In this document: positions 20,011 through 31,700 of the stretch, piece after piece | Position numbering within the stretch: the stretch's first letter is position 1 | How the letters are laid out: every line of letters begins with the position of its first letter | DNA from: Candidatus Eiseniibacteriota bacterium | GTDB taxonomy: Bacteria; Eisenbacteria; RBG-16-71-46; CAZAMP01 | Direction: 5' to 3' | Length of the DNA stretch: 64,000 nt | NCBI GenBank assembly: GCA_965224245.1 | Contig: OZ245046.1 | Span: 1,216,001 to 1,280,000, forward strand | Position numbers and translations under genes: made by a program | Notes under the pieces: model-generated | What the model saw: the letters and a program-made list of their open reading frames with translations, nothing else | Told to the model about the DNA's origin: nothing | The model's database searches: none

Positions 20011-22686
20011 ATGATGAGCGAGCGTTGGGAGAAACCCGTCGACATCGCGGTCGCGACCGGGCTGACGCTGGTCGCTCTGATCGTGTACTGCCTCACGCTG
20101 ACGCCGACGGTCGCGTTCTGGGACTCCGGTGAGTTCATCGCGACGTCGTACGTGCTGGGCATCCCGCACCCCCCCGGCACTCCGCTCTACGTGCTGATCG
20201 GGAGAGTCTTCACGCTCCTTCCGGTGGCGCTTTCGGTGGCGGCGAAGGTGAACCTCCTCAGCGCCGTCACGTCCGCGCTCGCGGTGGGGCTATCGTACCT
20301 GACAACCGCACGCATTCTGGCTCACTGTGGGGAGAGCTTCGGCACACCGGGCTGGCCGCCCCGTCCCACGTGGATCGCGCGGGTCGGCGCGGGGGTGGGC
20401 GCGGGGCTGATGGCATTCTCCGACTCCTACTGGACCAACGCGATCGAGAGCGAGGTCTACGCCCTGTCGTCGCTGGTGATGGTGGGAGCGGTGTACGTCA
20501 TGCTCAAATGGCGTGACATGCGTCACCAGGGCGAGCCCTACTCGGCGCACGCGACGAAGCTCGTGGTCCTCGTGTTCTACGCACTGGCGCTCTCCATCGC
20601 CTTCCACATGGGCGCCTTCATGGTCTTCCTGCCGCTGGTGCTGTTCTTCCTGTCGGACTTCTATCCGTCACTCTCCCATCGAGACTTCGTGGTGTCGGCG
20701 ACGCTGCTGGTGGTCCTCTCGTTCTTCCTGGGGCTCGACGGAGTCCGACTGGCGATCTCCGGCGTGATCGTGGCGGTGCTGCTGCTCCTGAACTACCGGA
20801 TTGCCGGAGGCCGCAACGTGGCGGCCATCGCGGTGGCCCTCGGGCTCATGGTGCTCTGGGTCCTGATGATGCGCGAGATGGGTGGCGCGATGGGCTCGGT
20901 GGTCGGTCTGGTACTGGCCGCCGCCGTGTTCTGGGCGGCCCAGCAGCGCCTGGTGCGCAACAACCTCGGCTTCTGGATCGCGGTGGTGTTCGTGCTGGGG
21001 CTGAGCGTGCACCTGTACCTGCCCATTCGTGCAGCCCTCGACCCCCCGATCAACGAGGCCGATCCGTCCACGCTCGACAACTTCCTGAAGGTGCTCAGTC
21101 GCGATCAGTACAAGCCGGTCGATCCCTGGCACTTCCGGGCGAGCCTGGCCACGAAGTTCGACAGGCACTTCTGGCAGTACTGGAAGCCCCAGTACGAGCT
21201 GGGCATCCGGATCTTCGATCGCAATCTCCTGGCCGGGCTCCCGTTCGTCCTGGGGGCGCTCGGGGCCGCACTCAACTTCGTGCGGTCGCGCCGCACGTTC
21301 CTGCTGATGGGCTTCATCATCCTGGTGACGTCGATCGGTCTCATCTGGCACCTGAACTTCGCGGAGTACGAGGTGCGCAGCCGCGACTACTTCTTCGTGG
21401 CGCTCTTTCATTTCTTCACCATCTGGATCGGGATCGGCGTGGCCGGCCTCCTGTACCTGGTCAAGACCTCGATCGGCAGGCCCGGGGCGGCCCGCATCGG
21501 GGTGATCGGGGCGGCCGCCCTGCTCGCACTCTTGCCCATCGCCGAGCTGCGCGCGATGTGGTTCAGCCACGATCGGTCCGACTTCTACATCGCTCGCGAC
21601 TACGCGTACAACATCCTCCAGCCGCTGGAGCGGGACGCGATCATCTTCACCAACGGCGACAACGACACGTTTCCGCTCTGGTACCTGCAGGAGGTCGAGG
21701 GCATCCGCAAGGACGTCCGCGTCGCGTGCCTGAGCTTGTTGAACACCGACTGGTACATTCAGCAGTGCCGGGATCAGGATCCCAAGGTGCCGATCTCCTG
21801 GACCGACGCCCAGATCTCGCAGCTGTATCCGTTCATCACCGCCGACTACGATACCGTCCTCATCAAGGACATCGCGGTCAACGAGATCGTCCGGTCCAAC
21901 CGCTGGCAGCGCCCGCTCTACATCGCGGTATCCGTCCCCGACCTGATGGGCTTCGACGAGCGCGACCAGGTTCAGATGGAGGGGCTGGTGTGGCGCCTCA
22001 CCCCTCAGCCCGTGGCCGAGAACGTCGACGTCGAGATCCTTCGCCGGAACCTGGACGAGGTCTTCGAGTGGGATGGCCTCCTGACCGCCGATGGCAAGCT
22101 GGACTCGACCGTCTATCGCGACGAGAACACCAGCCGGCTCTGCCAGAACTACGCCGCCGCGTTCGTGCGGCTCGGCGAGGCGTACGACCGGGAGGCCCGG
22201 CGCCTGCGACAGAGTGGCGACGTGGAAGGCTACCGGCGCGCATCGCAGGACGCGATCGATCGGCTGATGACGGCCCATCAGTTCTACTCGTCACCGATCA
22301 CGCTGGCCGCCCTGGCCGCGGCCACGGTGTACTACCAGCTCGGTGAGGATGCCGTGGCCGACTCGATGTGGACGTCGATGATCGACGCATACTTCGAGGA
22401 CCCCTCGCGCGATCGCAACGGTCTCATCGTCGAGCTGCTCTGGCGCCGCGGGTCGCTCCGACTCGAGAACCAGATGACGCAGGCGGCCATGGAGGACTTC
22501 ACGACGCTCGCCGCGCTCGTTCCCGAGCTCTGGGAAGCGTGGGAGGGGCAGGCAAACTGCTACCTCGCGCTGGGCCAGCCGGAACGAGCGCTGGAGATCG
22601 TGAGGGCGTTCGTGGGCCGCCAGCCCAATCATCCCGCTGCGCGCGCGTACCTCGACACACTCCAGGCGCGTCTCGGGGAGCCGTGA
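20011..22686 (+). CDS. DUF2723 / TMEM260-like GT-C membrane glycosyltransferase with C-terminal TPR-like region (paralogue 1)
   Basis: FWDSGEFI, IPHPPGTPLY, AIESEVYALSS, EVRSRDYFF, FTNGDNDTFPLWYLQEVEGIR; many TM helices. Confidence 0.9.
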   Translation: MMSERWEKPVDIAVATGLTLVALIVYCLTLTPTVAFWDSGEFIATSYVLGIPHPPGTPLYVLIGRVFTLLPVALSVAAKVNLLSAVTSALAVGLSYLTTARILAHCGESFGTPGWPPRPTWIARVGAGVGAGLMAFSDSYWTNAIESEVYALSSLVMVGAVYVMLKWRDMRHQGEPYSAHATKLVVLVFYALALSIAFHMGAFMVFLPLVLFFLSDFYPSLSHRDFVVSATLLVVLSFFLGLDGVRLAISGVIVAVLLLLNYRIAGGRNVAAIAVALGLMVLWVLMMREMGGAMGSVVGLVLAAAVFWAAQQRLVRNNLGFWIAVVFVLGLSVHLYLPIRAALDPPINEADPSTLDNFLKVLSRDQYKPVDPWHFRASLATKFDRHFWQYWKPQYELGIRIFDRNLLAGLPFVLGALGAALNFVRSRRTFLLMGFIILVTSIGLIWHLNFAEYEVRSRDYFFVALFHFFTIWIGIGVAGLLYLVKTSIGRPGAARIGVIGAAALLALLPIAELRAMWFSHDRSDFYIARDYAYNILQPLERDAIIFTNGDNDTFPLWYLQEVEGIRKDVRVACLSLLNTDWYIQQCRDQDPKVPISWTDAQISQLYPFITADYDTVLIKDIAVNEIVRSNRWQRPLYIAVSVPDLMGFDERDQVQMEGLVWRLTPQPVAENVDVEILRRNLDEVFEWDGLLTADGKLDSTVYRDENTSRLCQNYAAAFVRLGEAYDREARRLRQSGDVEGYRRASQDAIDRLMTAHQFYSSPITLAALAAATVYYQLGEDAVADSMWTSMIDAYFEDPSRDRNGLIVELLWRRGSLRLENQMTQAAMEDFTTLAALVPELWEAWEGQANCYLALGQPERALEIVRAFVGRQPNHPAARAYLDTLQARLGEP

Positions 22687-22736
22687 TCGGAGGCACGGCG
22701 CGTTCGGATCGCGACGGGCCTCCGCCCGGGCGGGGA

Positions 22737-25700
22737 TCAGTCCAGGAAGACCAGCCGTCGCGTCGCGTCGTGGGTGCCCGCGCGCCAGGTCAGGAAGTAG
22801 ACGCCCGCCGGTAGGTGTGCACCCCGCGCGTCGCGGCGATCCCACTGGATCTCGTAGCGTCCGGCGGCCTGCCGGGCGTCCACGAGCCGCGCGACCTCGC
22901 GTCCGCCGACGTCGTAGAGCGAGAGGCGAACCGGCGCCGGCTCCGGCAGGTCGTAGGCGATGAGCGTCCAGCCGCGGGCCGGGTTGGGTCCGGCCCGACG
23001 GAGCGCGAATACCGTCGGCAACGGTAGCTCGTCCACGCCGACCACGCCCCCGATCGAGCTGGCGTCACTCTCGTTCCCGGAAAAGTCGCTCGTCGTGACA
23101 TGGTAGAACGCGAAGCTGGTCCCGGTGATGTCGAACAGAGGCTCGCTCGTCTGACCGAGCAGGGTCGCCTCCGGATCCAGCTCCTCGCTCTCCGAGCCGT
23201 AGATCGTGTACGTGTCGAAGTCCGCCTCGGACGCCGCTTCCCACTCGAGGAGGACCGGCGTGGTGAACGCGAGCCCGGCCGGCGGGTCCGGCGCGAGGTT
23301 GTCGACCGAGTACCCGCTGTCGGGCGGAGAGTCGAAGAAGGTCAGCGGATCGTCGGTCGTCGCTCGCACGAAGAAGACCGAGAAACACTGACCGTCGGCG
23401 ATCGTGGAGTCACAGAGTGTCGGCGCCACGGTCTGGTAGATGGCCTCGCCGTGCGCGGGTACCGTCGAGACGTAGTCCCAGCCCTCGAGCCGCGCGCCTT
23501 TGCGGAAGAGATCCTGACGCCGATAGAGCTCGTACCCCAGCACGTCCACGCCGTCGTCGGGGGCGTCGTAGAACGAGCGCTGCCACTTGAGACGGATCTG
23601 CCGTCCCTGGTCGTTGTCGACGTCCTCCAGCGACAGTAGCAGCGGCAGTGCATCGGCCAGTCCGAACGCACCGATCAGGCCGCAGGACGCTCCCGATGGG
23701 TGGTTGCCCGGCAGGCACGGGGAGCTTCCGAGGAGGTGGAAGTCGCCGGCGGCAGCGTTGATGAACTCGGGATCGAGCGAGAAGTTGCCTCCCAGATCTG
23801 CGCCGCAGAGTGCGTCCCCACCGGCGTTGCCGTACACGTCACAGCATGAGATCTGCGGCTCGTCGACCACGTCGCTGCACGAGATCGCATCGCCGATCGT
23901 GGCGAAGCTGAGGATGGACTGGGACAGCACGGGGTCCGAGTCGCCGACCGCGCGCACGTGCGCACCGGTGCCCGCGCGGTTCGCGTAGAACGTGCATCCC
24001 TGAAACGCGAGATGGGATTGGTTGAAGCACAGCACGCCGCCGCCCTGAGCGTCGGCGGCGTTGGTGTCGAAGACGCAGGCGTCGAACGTCGTGCCCGAGC
24101 CACCCTGAGACGCACCGCGCGCGTAGACTCCGCCGCCGTAGAAGGCCGAGTTACCCGAGAACGTGCACGCGGTGAAGGCCTGTGACGCAGCCTCCGTCGC
24201 ACCCTCTCCGAAGATGTAGGTGCCGCCGCCGAGCCCGACGCCGGCGTCGTTGCCGGAGATGGTCACGCTGTCGGCGTCCAGCGTCGAGAAGACCAGGTAG
24301 AGCCCACCACCGCGAGCCGTGGCCACGTTCGTGTCCACGGCGTCGCGCAGGAGCGAGAGCGAGCTGGAGAACGACGCGATGGCGCCGCCGTATCGGTCGG
24401 CGGTGTTGCCGTCGAAGCGGTTGTCCTCGAGCGTGGGAGAAGCACCGGACGACAGGTACGCACCGCCGCCGTCCCGGGTGGCGGCGTTCTCGTAGAAGCG
24501 GCTGCTGCGGACGATCGGGTTCCCGCCGTCGACGCGCATTCCCGCGCCGTCGACGGCTGCGCCGCCGGTGAACGCGAACCCGACCACGACGCCGGTGGAG
24601 TCGACGCCCGACAGGTCCAGACAGCGTCCCTGACCCTCGGCATCCACGGTGGTCAGCGCGGAACCGGACGTCGAGTGGAGAAGGACACCGGACTTCATGG
24701 TCAACATGCTGGGGCCAGAGGATGACTGCGAGGTCCACGTGTACGACCCGGCCTCGACGAGGACATCGTCGCCCGCGCGCGCCGAGTCGATCGCCGCCTG
24801 GATGGTGGGGGCGTCACCGAGACCGTCGTCGGTCACGAACCACGTCCGGGGGACGATGACGTCGCATCCCTGACCGAGTGCTCCGATCACACCGCAGCTC
24901 TCGCCGGCGGGGTGATTGCCGGGAAGGCACGGCGAGTTCTCGGCCAGAGAGAGATCGTTCGCCGGCGCATCGCAGAAGAGCGGGTCCGCGCTGAAGTTGG
25001 AGCTGAGGGTGTCCTGCAGCGCGATGCAGTCGACCCAGTCGCCGCCCAGGTTTCCGAACACGTTGGAGCACGCCAGGGTCGGTTCGCTCGTGCCCGAGCA
25101 TGCAACGGCGCCGCCGGCAGTGTTCTCGGCGATCAGCGTGCTGGAGAGCGTCGGTGAAGAGTCCTGACCGTGAATGGCGCCACCGCTCGGCGCCGCGTTT
25201 CCGTAGAACGTGCAGGACTCGATCACGACGTCGGAACTCTGGGCGCAAGCCAGCGCGCCGCCGGAGACCTCGGCGGTGTTGCCGTGGAACACCAGGCGAC
25301 GCAGCGTCGGCGTCGAGGTCGTGTCGGCCAGGATCGCACCGCCGGAGCTGGTCGTGTAACCCCCCGTCAGAGTCACGTTCGCGATGAGCGTGGCGCTCGT
25401 CTCGCCGGAGTGGAAGGTGAACACCCGATGCGGATCACCCGAGGATCCCTGCGCGTCGATCACCACCGACGCCGCATCGCCGCTGGCGCCGACGATGACC
25501 AGGTCCTTGCCACCGAGGTCGAGATCCCGGTTGCCGGCGCCGACGAACGTGCCGTCGCCCAGCGAGAGGGTGTCGCCGGCCAGCGCGGCATCGATGCCCG
25601 CCTGGAGCGTCGGGAAGTCCCCCAGCCCATCAGGGGTGATCACGAAGACCTGCTGGTCCGCCGCACACCCGACGCCCAGCGCGCCGACGTCCCCGCCGCA

Positions 25701-28700
25701 GCTCGCACCGCCCGGGTGGCTGCCGTCCACGCACGGGGAGTTGGCGGCGAGCGTGTAGTCCCCGGCACCGGCGTCACAGAACCGCGGATCGGCGGAGAAG
25801 TTGTCGTCGATCGCGTCGTCACCGGCCAGGCAGCCCACCCAGTCCCCGGCCGCGTTGCCGAACACGTCCGAGCAGGAGAGGCTCACGTCCCCGGTGCCCG
25901 CGCACCCCACGGGCTCGCCGGTGAGGTTACCGGCGATCAGTACCCGGGTACCCGACGGCACCGCATCGGTGGCCATGATCGCCGCCCCCACGGGAGCGTC
26001 GTTCTCGACGAACGTGCACGCCTCGAGCGTCAGGTCCGAGCCCATCGCGGCCGACAGCGCACCGCCGGAGACCTCGGCGGTGTTGCCGTGGAACACCAAC
26101 CGGCGCAGCGTCGGCGTCGAGGTCGTGTCGGCCAGGATCGCCCCCCCGGAGGCCGTCGTGTAGCCGCCGGTGAGCGTGAGGCTCTCGATGACGGTCGCGC
26201 TCGTCTCACCCGAGTGGAAGGTGAACACCCGGTGCGGATCACCCGACGATCCCTGGGCGTCGATCACCACCGACGCGGGATCGCCGCTGGCGCCGACGAT
26301 GACCAGGTCCTTGCCACCGAGGTCGAGATCGCGGTTGCCGGCGCCGACGAACGTGCCGTCGCCCAGCGAGAGGGTGTCGCCGGCGAGCGCAGCATCGATG
26401 CCCGCCTGGAGGGTCGGGAAGTCCCCCAGCCCATCAGGGGTGATCACGAAGACCTGCTGGTCCGCGGCACAGCCGACGCCCAGCGCGCCGACGTCCCCGC
26501 CGCAGCTCGCACCGCCCGGGTGGCTGCCGTCCACGCACGGGGAGTTGGCGGCGAGCGTGTAGTCCCCGGCACCGGCATCGCAGAACCGCGGGTCGGCGGA
26601 GAAGTTGTCGTCGATCGCGTCGTCACCGGCCAGGCAGCCCACCCAGTCCCCGGCCGCATTGCCGAACACGTCCGAGCAGGAGAGGCTCACGTCCCCGGTG
26701 CCCGCGCACCCCACGGGCTCGCCGGTGAGGTTACCGGCGATCAACACCCGGGTACCCGACGGCACCGCATCGGTGGCCATGATCGCCGCACCCACGGGAG
26801 CGTCGTTGTCGACGAACGTACACGCCTCGAGCGTCAGGTCCGAGCCCATCGCGGCCGACAGCGCACCGCCGGAGACCTCGGCCGTGTTGCCATGGAACAC
26901 CAGGCGACGCAGCGTCGGCGTCGAGGTGGTGTCGGCCAGGATCGCGCCGCCGGAGGCCGTCGTGTAGCCGCCGGTGAGCGTGAGGCTCTCGATGACGGTC
27001 GCGCTCGTCTCACCCGAGTGGAAGGTGAACGCCCGGTGCGGATCACCCGACGATCCCTGGGCGTCGATCACCACCGACGCGGGATCGCCGCTGGCGCCGA
27101 CGATGACCAGGTCCTTGCCGCCGAGGTCGAGATCGCGGTTGCCGGCGCCGACGAACGTGCCGTCACCCAGCGAGAGGGTGTCGCCGGCGAGCGCAGCATC
27201 GATGCCCGCCTGGAGGGTCGGGAAGTCCCCCAGCCCATCAGGGGTGATCACGAAGACCTGCTGGTCCGCGGCACAGCCGACGCCCAGCGCGCCGACGTCC
27301 CCGCCGCAGCTCGCACCGCCCGGGTGGCTGCCGTCCACGCACGGGGAGTTGGCGGCGAGCGTGTAGTCCCCGGCACCGGCATCGCAGAACCGCGGGTCGG
27401 CGGAGAAGTTGTCGTCGATCGCGTCGTCACCGGCCAGGCAGCCCACCCAGTCCCCGGCCGCATTGCCGAACACGTCCGAGCAGGAGAGGCTCACGTCCCC
27501 GGTGCCCGCGCACCCCACGGGCTCGCCGGTGAGGTTACCGGCGATCAGTACCCGGGTACCCGACGGCACCGCATCGGTGGCCATGATCGCCGCACCCACG
27601 GGAGCGTCGTTGTCGACGAACGTGCAGGCTTCCAACGCGACGTCCGAGCCCATCAGCGCAGCGAGCGCACCGCCGGAGACCTCGGCGGTGTTGCCGTGGA
27701 ACACCAACCGGCGCAGCGTCGGCGTCGAGGTCGTATCGGCGAGGACCGCACCCCCGGAGCTGGTCGTGTAGCCGCCGGTGAGCGTGAGGCTCTCGATGAC
27801 GGTCGCGCTCGTCTCACCCGAGTGGAACACGAAGGCCCGGTGCGGATCACCCGAGGATCCCTGGGCGTCGAGGATGACGGCCGCCGCATCGCCACTGGCG
27901 CCGACGATGACCAGGTCCTTGCCGCCGAGGTCGAGATCGCGGTTGCCGGCCCCGACGAACGTGCCGTCGCCCAGCGAGAGGGTGTCGCCGGCGAGCGCAG
28001 CATCGATGCCCGCCTGGAGGGTGGGGAAGTCCCCGAGCCCATCGGGGGTGATGCTGTACGCCAGGGAGATCGCGGCACAGCCGACGCCGAGCGCGCCGAC
28101 GTCGCCGCCACAGCTCGCACCGCCCGGGTGGCTGCCGTCCACACACGGAGAGTTGGCCGCGAGCGTGTAGTCCCCGGCACCGGCGTCACAGAACCGCGGA
28201 TCGGCGGAGAAGTTGTCGTCGATCGCGTCGTCACCGGCCAGGCAGCCCACCCAGTCCCCGGCCGCGTTGCCGAACACGTCCGAGCAGGAGAGGCTCACGT
28301 CCCCGGTGCCCGCGCACCCCACGGGCTCGCCGGTGAGGTTACCGGCGATCAGTACCCGGGTACCCGACGGCACCGCATCGGTGGCCATGATCGCCGCCCC
28401 CACGGGAGCGTCGTTCTCGACGAACGTGCACGCCTCGAGCGTCAGGTCCGAGCCCATCGCGGCCGACAGCGCACCGCCGGAGACCTCGGCGGTGTTGCCG
28501 TGGAACACCAACCGGCGCAGCGTCGGCGTCGAGGTCGTGTCGGCCAGGATCGCCCCCCCGGAGGCCGTCGTGTAGCCGCCGGTGAGCGTGAGGCTCTCGA
28601 TGACGGTCGCGCTCGTCTCACCCGAGTGGAAGGTGAACACCCGGTGCGGATCACCCGACGATCCCTGGGCGTCGATCACCACCGACGCGGGATCGCCGCT

Positions 28701-31700
28701 GGCGCCGACGATGACCAGGTCCTTGCCACCGAGGTCGAGATCGCGGTTGCCGGCCCCCACGAACGTGCCGTCACCCAGCGAGAGGGTGTCGCCGGCGAGC
28801 GCAGCATCGATGCCCGCCTGGAGGGTGGGGAAGTCCCCCAGCCCATCGGGGGTGATGCTGTACGCCAGGGAGATCGCGGCACAGCCGACGCCCAGCGCGC
28901 CGACGTCCCCGCCGCAGCTCGCACCGCCGGGGTGGCTGCCGTCCACGCACGGGGAGTTGGCGGCGAGCGTGTAGTCCCCGGCACCGGCGTCACAGAACCG
29001 CGGATCGGCGGAGAAGTTGTCGTCGATCGCGTCGTCACCGGCCAGGCAGCCCACCCAGTCCCCGGCCGCGTTGCCGAACACGTCCGAGCAGGAGAGGGTC
29101 ACGTCCCCGGTGCCGGCACAGGCCACGGGCTCGCTGGTGAGGTTACCGGCGATCAGTACCCGGGTACCGGTGAGGGTGGCATCGGTGGCCATGATCGCCG
29201 CCCCCGCGGGGGCGTCGTTGTCGACGAACGTGCACGCCTCGAGCGTCAGGTCCGAGCCCATCGCGGCCGACAGCGCACCGCCGGAGACCTCGGCGGTGTT
29301 GCCGTGGAACACCAGGCGGCGCAGCGTCGGCGTCGAGGTCGTGTCGGCCAGGATCGCCCCCCCGGAGGCCGTCGTGTAGCCGCCGGTGAGCGTGAGGCTC
29401 TCGATGACGGTCGCGCTCGTCTCACCCGAGTGGAAGGTGAACACCCGGTGCGGATCACCCGACGATCCCTGGGCGTCGATCACCACCGACGCGGGATCGC
29501 CGCTGGCGCCGACGATGACCAGGTCCTTGCCACCGAGGTCGAGATCGCGGTTGCCGGCGCCGACGAACGTGCCGTCGCCCAGCGAGAGGGTGTCGCCGGC
29601 CAGCGCAGCATCGATGCCCGCCTGGAGGGTCGGGAAGTCCCCCAGTCCATCAGGGGTGATCACGAAGACCTGCTGGTCCGCGGCACAGCCGACGCCCAGC
29701 GCGCCGACGTCCCCGCCGCAGCTCGCACCGCCCGGGTGGCTGCCGTCCACGCACGGGGAGTTGGCGGCGAGGGTGTAGTCGGCGGCGCCGGCATCGCAGA
29801 ACCGCGGGTCGGCGGAGAAGTTGTCGTCGATCGCGTCATCACCGGCCAGGCAGCCCACCCAGTCCCCGGCCGCGTTGCCGAACACGTCCGAGCAGGAGAG
29901 GCTCACGTCCCCGGTGCCCGCGCACCCCACGGGCTCGCCGGTGAGGTTACCGGCGATCAGTACCCGGGTACCCGACGGCACCGCATCGGTGGCCATGATC
30001 GCCGCCCCCACGGGAGCGTCGTTCTCGACGAACGTGCACGCCTCGAGCGTCAGGTCCGAGCCCATCGCGGCCGACAGCGCACCGCCGGAGACCTCGGCCG
30101 TGTTGCCGTGGAACAGCAGGCGACGCAGCGTCGGCGTCGAGGTCGTGTCGGCCAGGATCGCCCCCCCGGAGGCCGTCGTGTAGCCGCCGGTGAGCGTGAG
30201 GCTCTCGATGATGGTGGCGCTCGTCTCACCCGAGTGGAAGGTGAACACCCGGTGCGGATCACCCGACGATCCCTGGGCGTCGATCACCACCGACGCGGGA
30301 TCGCCACTGGCGCCGACGATGACCAGGTCCTTGCCACCGAGGTCGAGGTCGCGGTTGCCGGCGCCGACGAACGTGCCGTCGCCCAGCGAGAGGGTGTCGC
30401 CGGCCAGCGCGGCATCGATGCCCGCCTGGAGCGTCGGGAAGTCCCCCAGCCCATCAGGGGTGATCACGAAGACCTGCTGGTCCGCCGCACACCCGACGCT
30501 GTGCGCGCCGACGTCCCCGCCGCAGCTCGCACCGCCCGGGTGGCTGCCGTCCACGCACGGGGAGTTGGCGGCGAGCGTGTAGTCCCCGGCACCGGCGTCA
30601 CAGAACCGCGGATCGGCGGAGAAGTTGTCGTCGATCGCGTCGTCACCGGCCAGGCAGCCCACCCAGTCCCCGGCCGCGTTGCCGAACACGTCCGAGCAGG
30701 AGAGGCTCACGTCCCCGGTGCCCGCGCACCCCACGGGCTCGCCGGTGAGGTTACCGGCGATCAGTACCCGGGTACCGGTGAGGGTGGCATCGGTGGCCAT
30801 GATCGCCGCCCCCACGGGAGCGTCGTTGTCGACGAACGTGCACGCCTCGAGCGTCAGGTCCGAGCCCATCGCGGCCGACAGCGCACCGCCGGAGACCTCG
30901 GCGGTGTTGCCGTGGAACACCAGGCGGCGCAGCGTCGGCGTCGAGGTCGTGTCGGCCAGGATCGCCCCCCCGGAGGCCGTCGTGTAGCCGCCGGTGAGCG
31001 TGAGGCTCTCGATGACGGTCGCGCTCGTCTCACCCGAGTGGAACACGAAGGCCCGGTGCGGATCACCCGAGGATCCCTGGGCGTCGAGGATGACGGCCGC
31101 CGCATCGCCACTGGCGCCGACGATGACCAGGTCCTTGCCGCCGAGGTCGAGATCGCGGTTGCCGGCCCCCACGAACGTGCCGTCGCCCAGCGAGAGGGTG
31201 TCGCCGGCGAGCGCAGCATCGATGCCGGCCTGGAGGGTGGGGAAGTCCCCCAGCCCATCGGGGGTGATCACGAAGACCTGCTGGTCCGCGGCACAGCCGA
31301 CGCCCAGCGCGCCGACGTCCCCGCCGCAGCTCGCACCGCCGGGGTGGCTGCCGTCCACGCACGGGGAGTTGGCGGCGAGCGTGTAGTCCCCGGCACCGGC
31401 ATCGCAGAACCGCGGGTCGGCGGAGAAGTTGTCGTCGATCGCGTCATCACCGGCCAGGCAACCCACCCAGTCCCCGGCCGCATTGCCGAACACGTCCGAG
31501 CAGGAGAGGCTCACGTCCCCGGTGCCCGCACAGGCCACGGGCTCGCCGGTGAGGTTACCGGCGATCAGTACCCGGGTACCCGACGGCACCGCATCGGTGG
31601 CCATGATCGCCGCCCCCACGGGAGCGTCGTTCTCGACGAACGTGCACGCCTCGAGCGTCAGGTCCGAGCCCATCGCGGCCGACAGCGCACCGCCGGAGAC

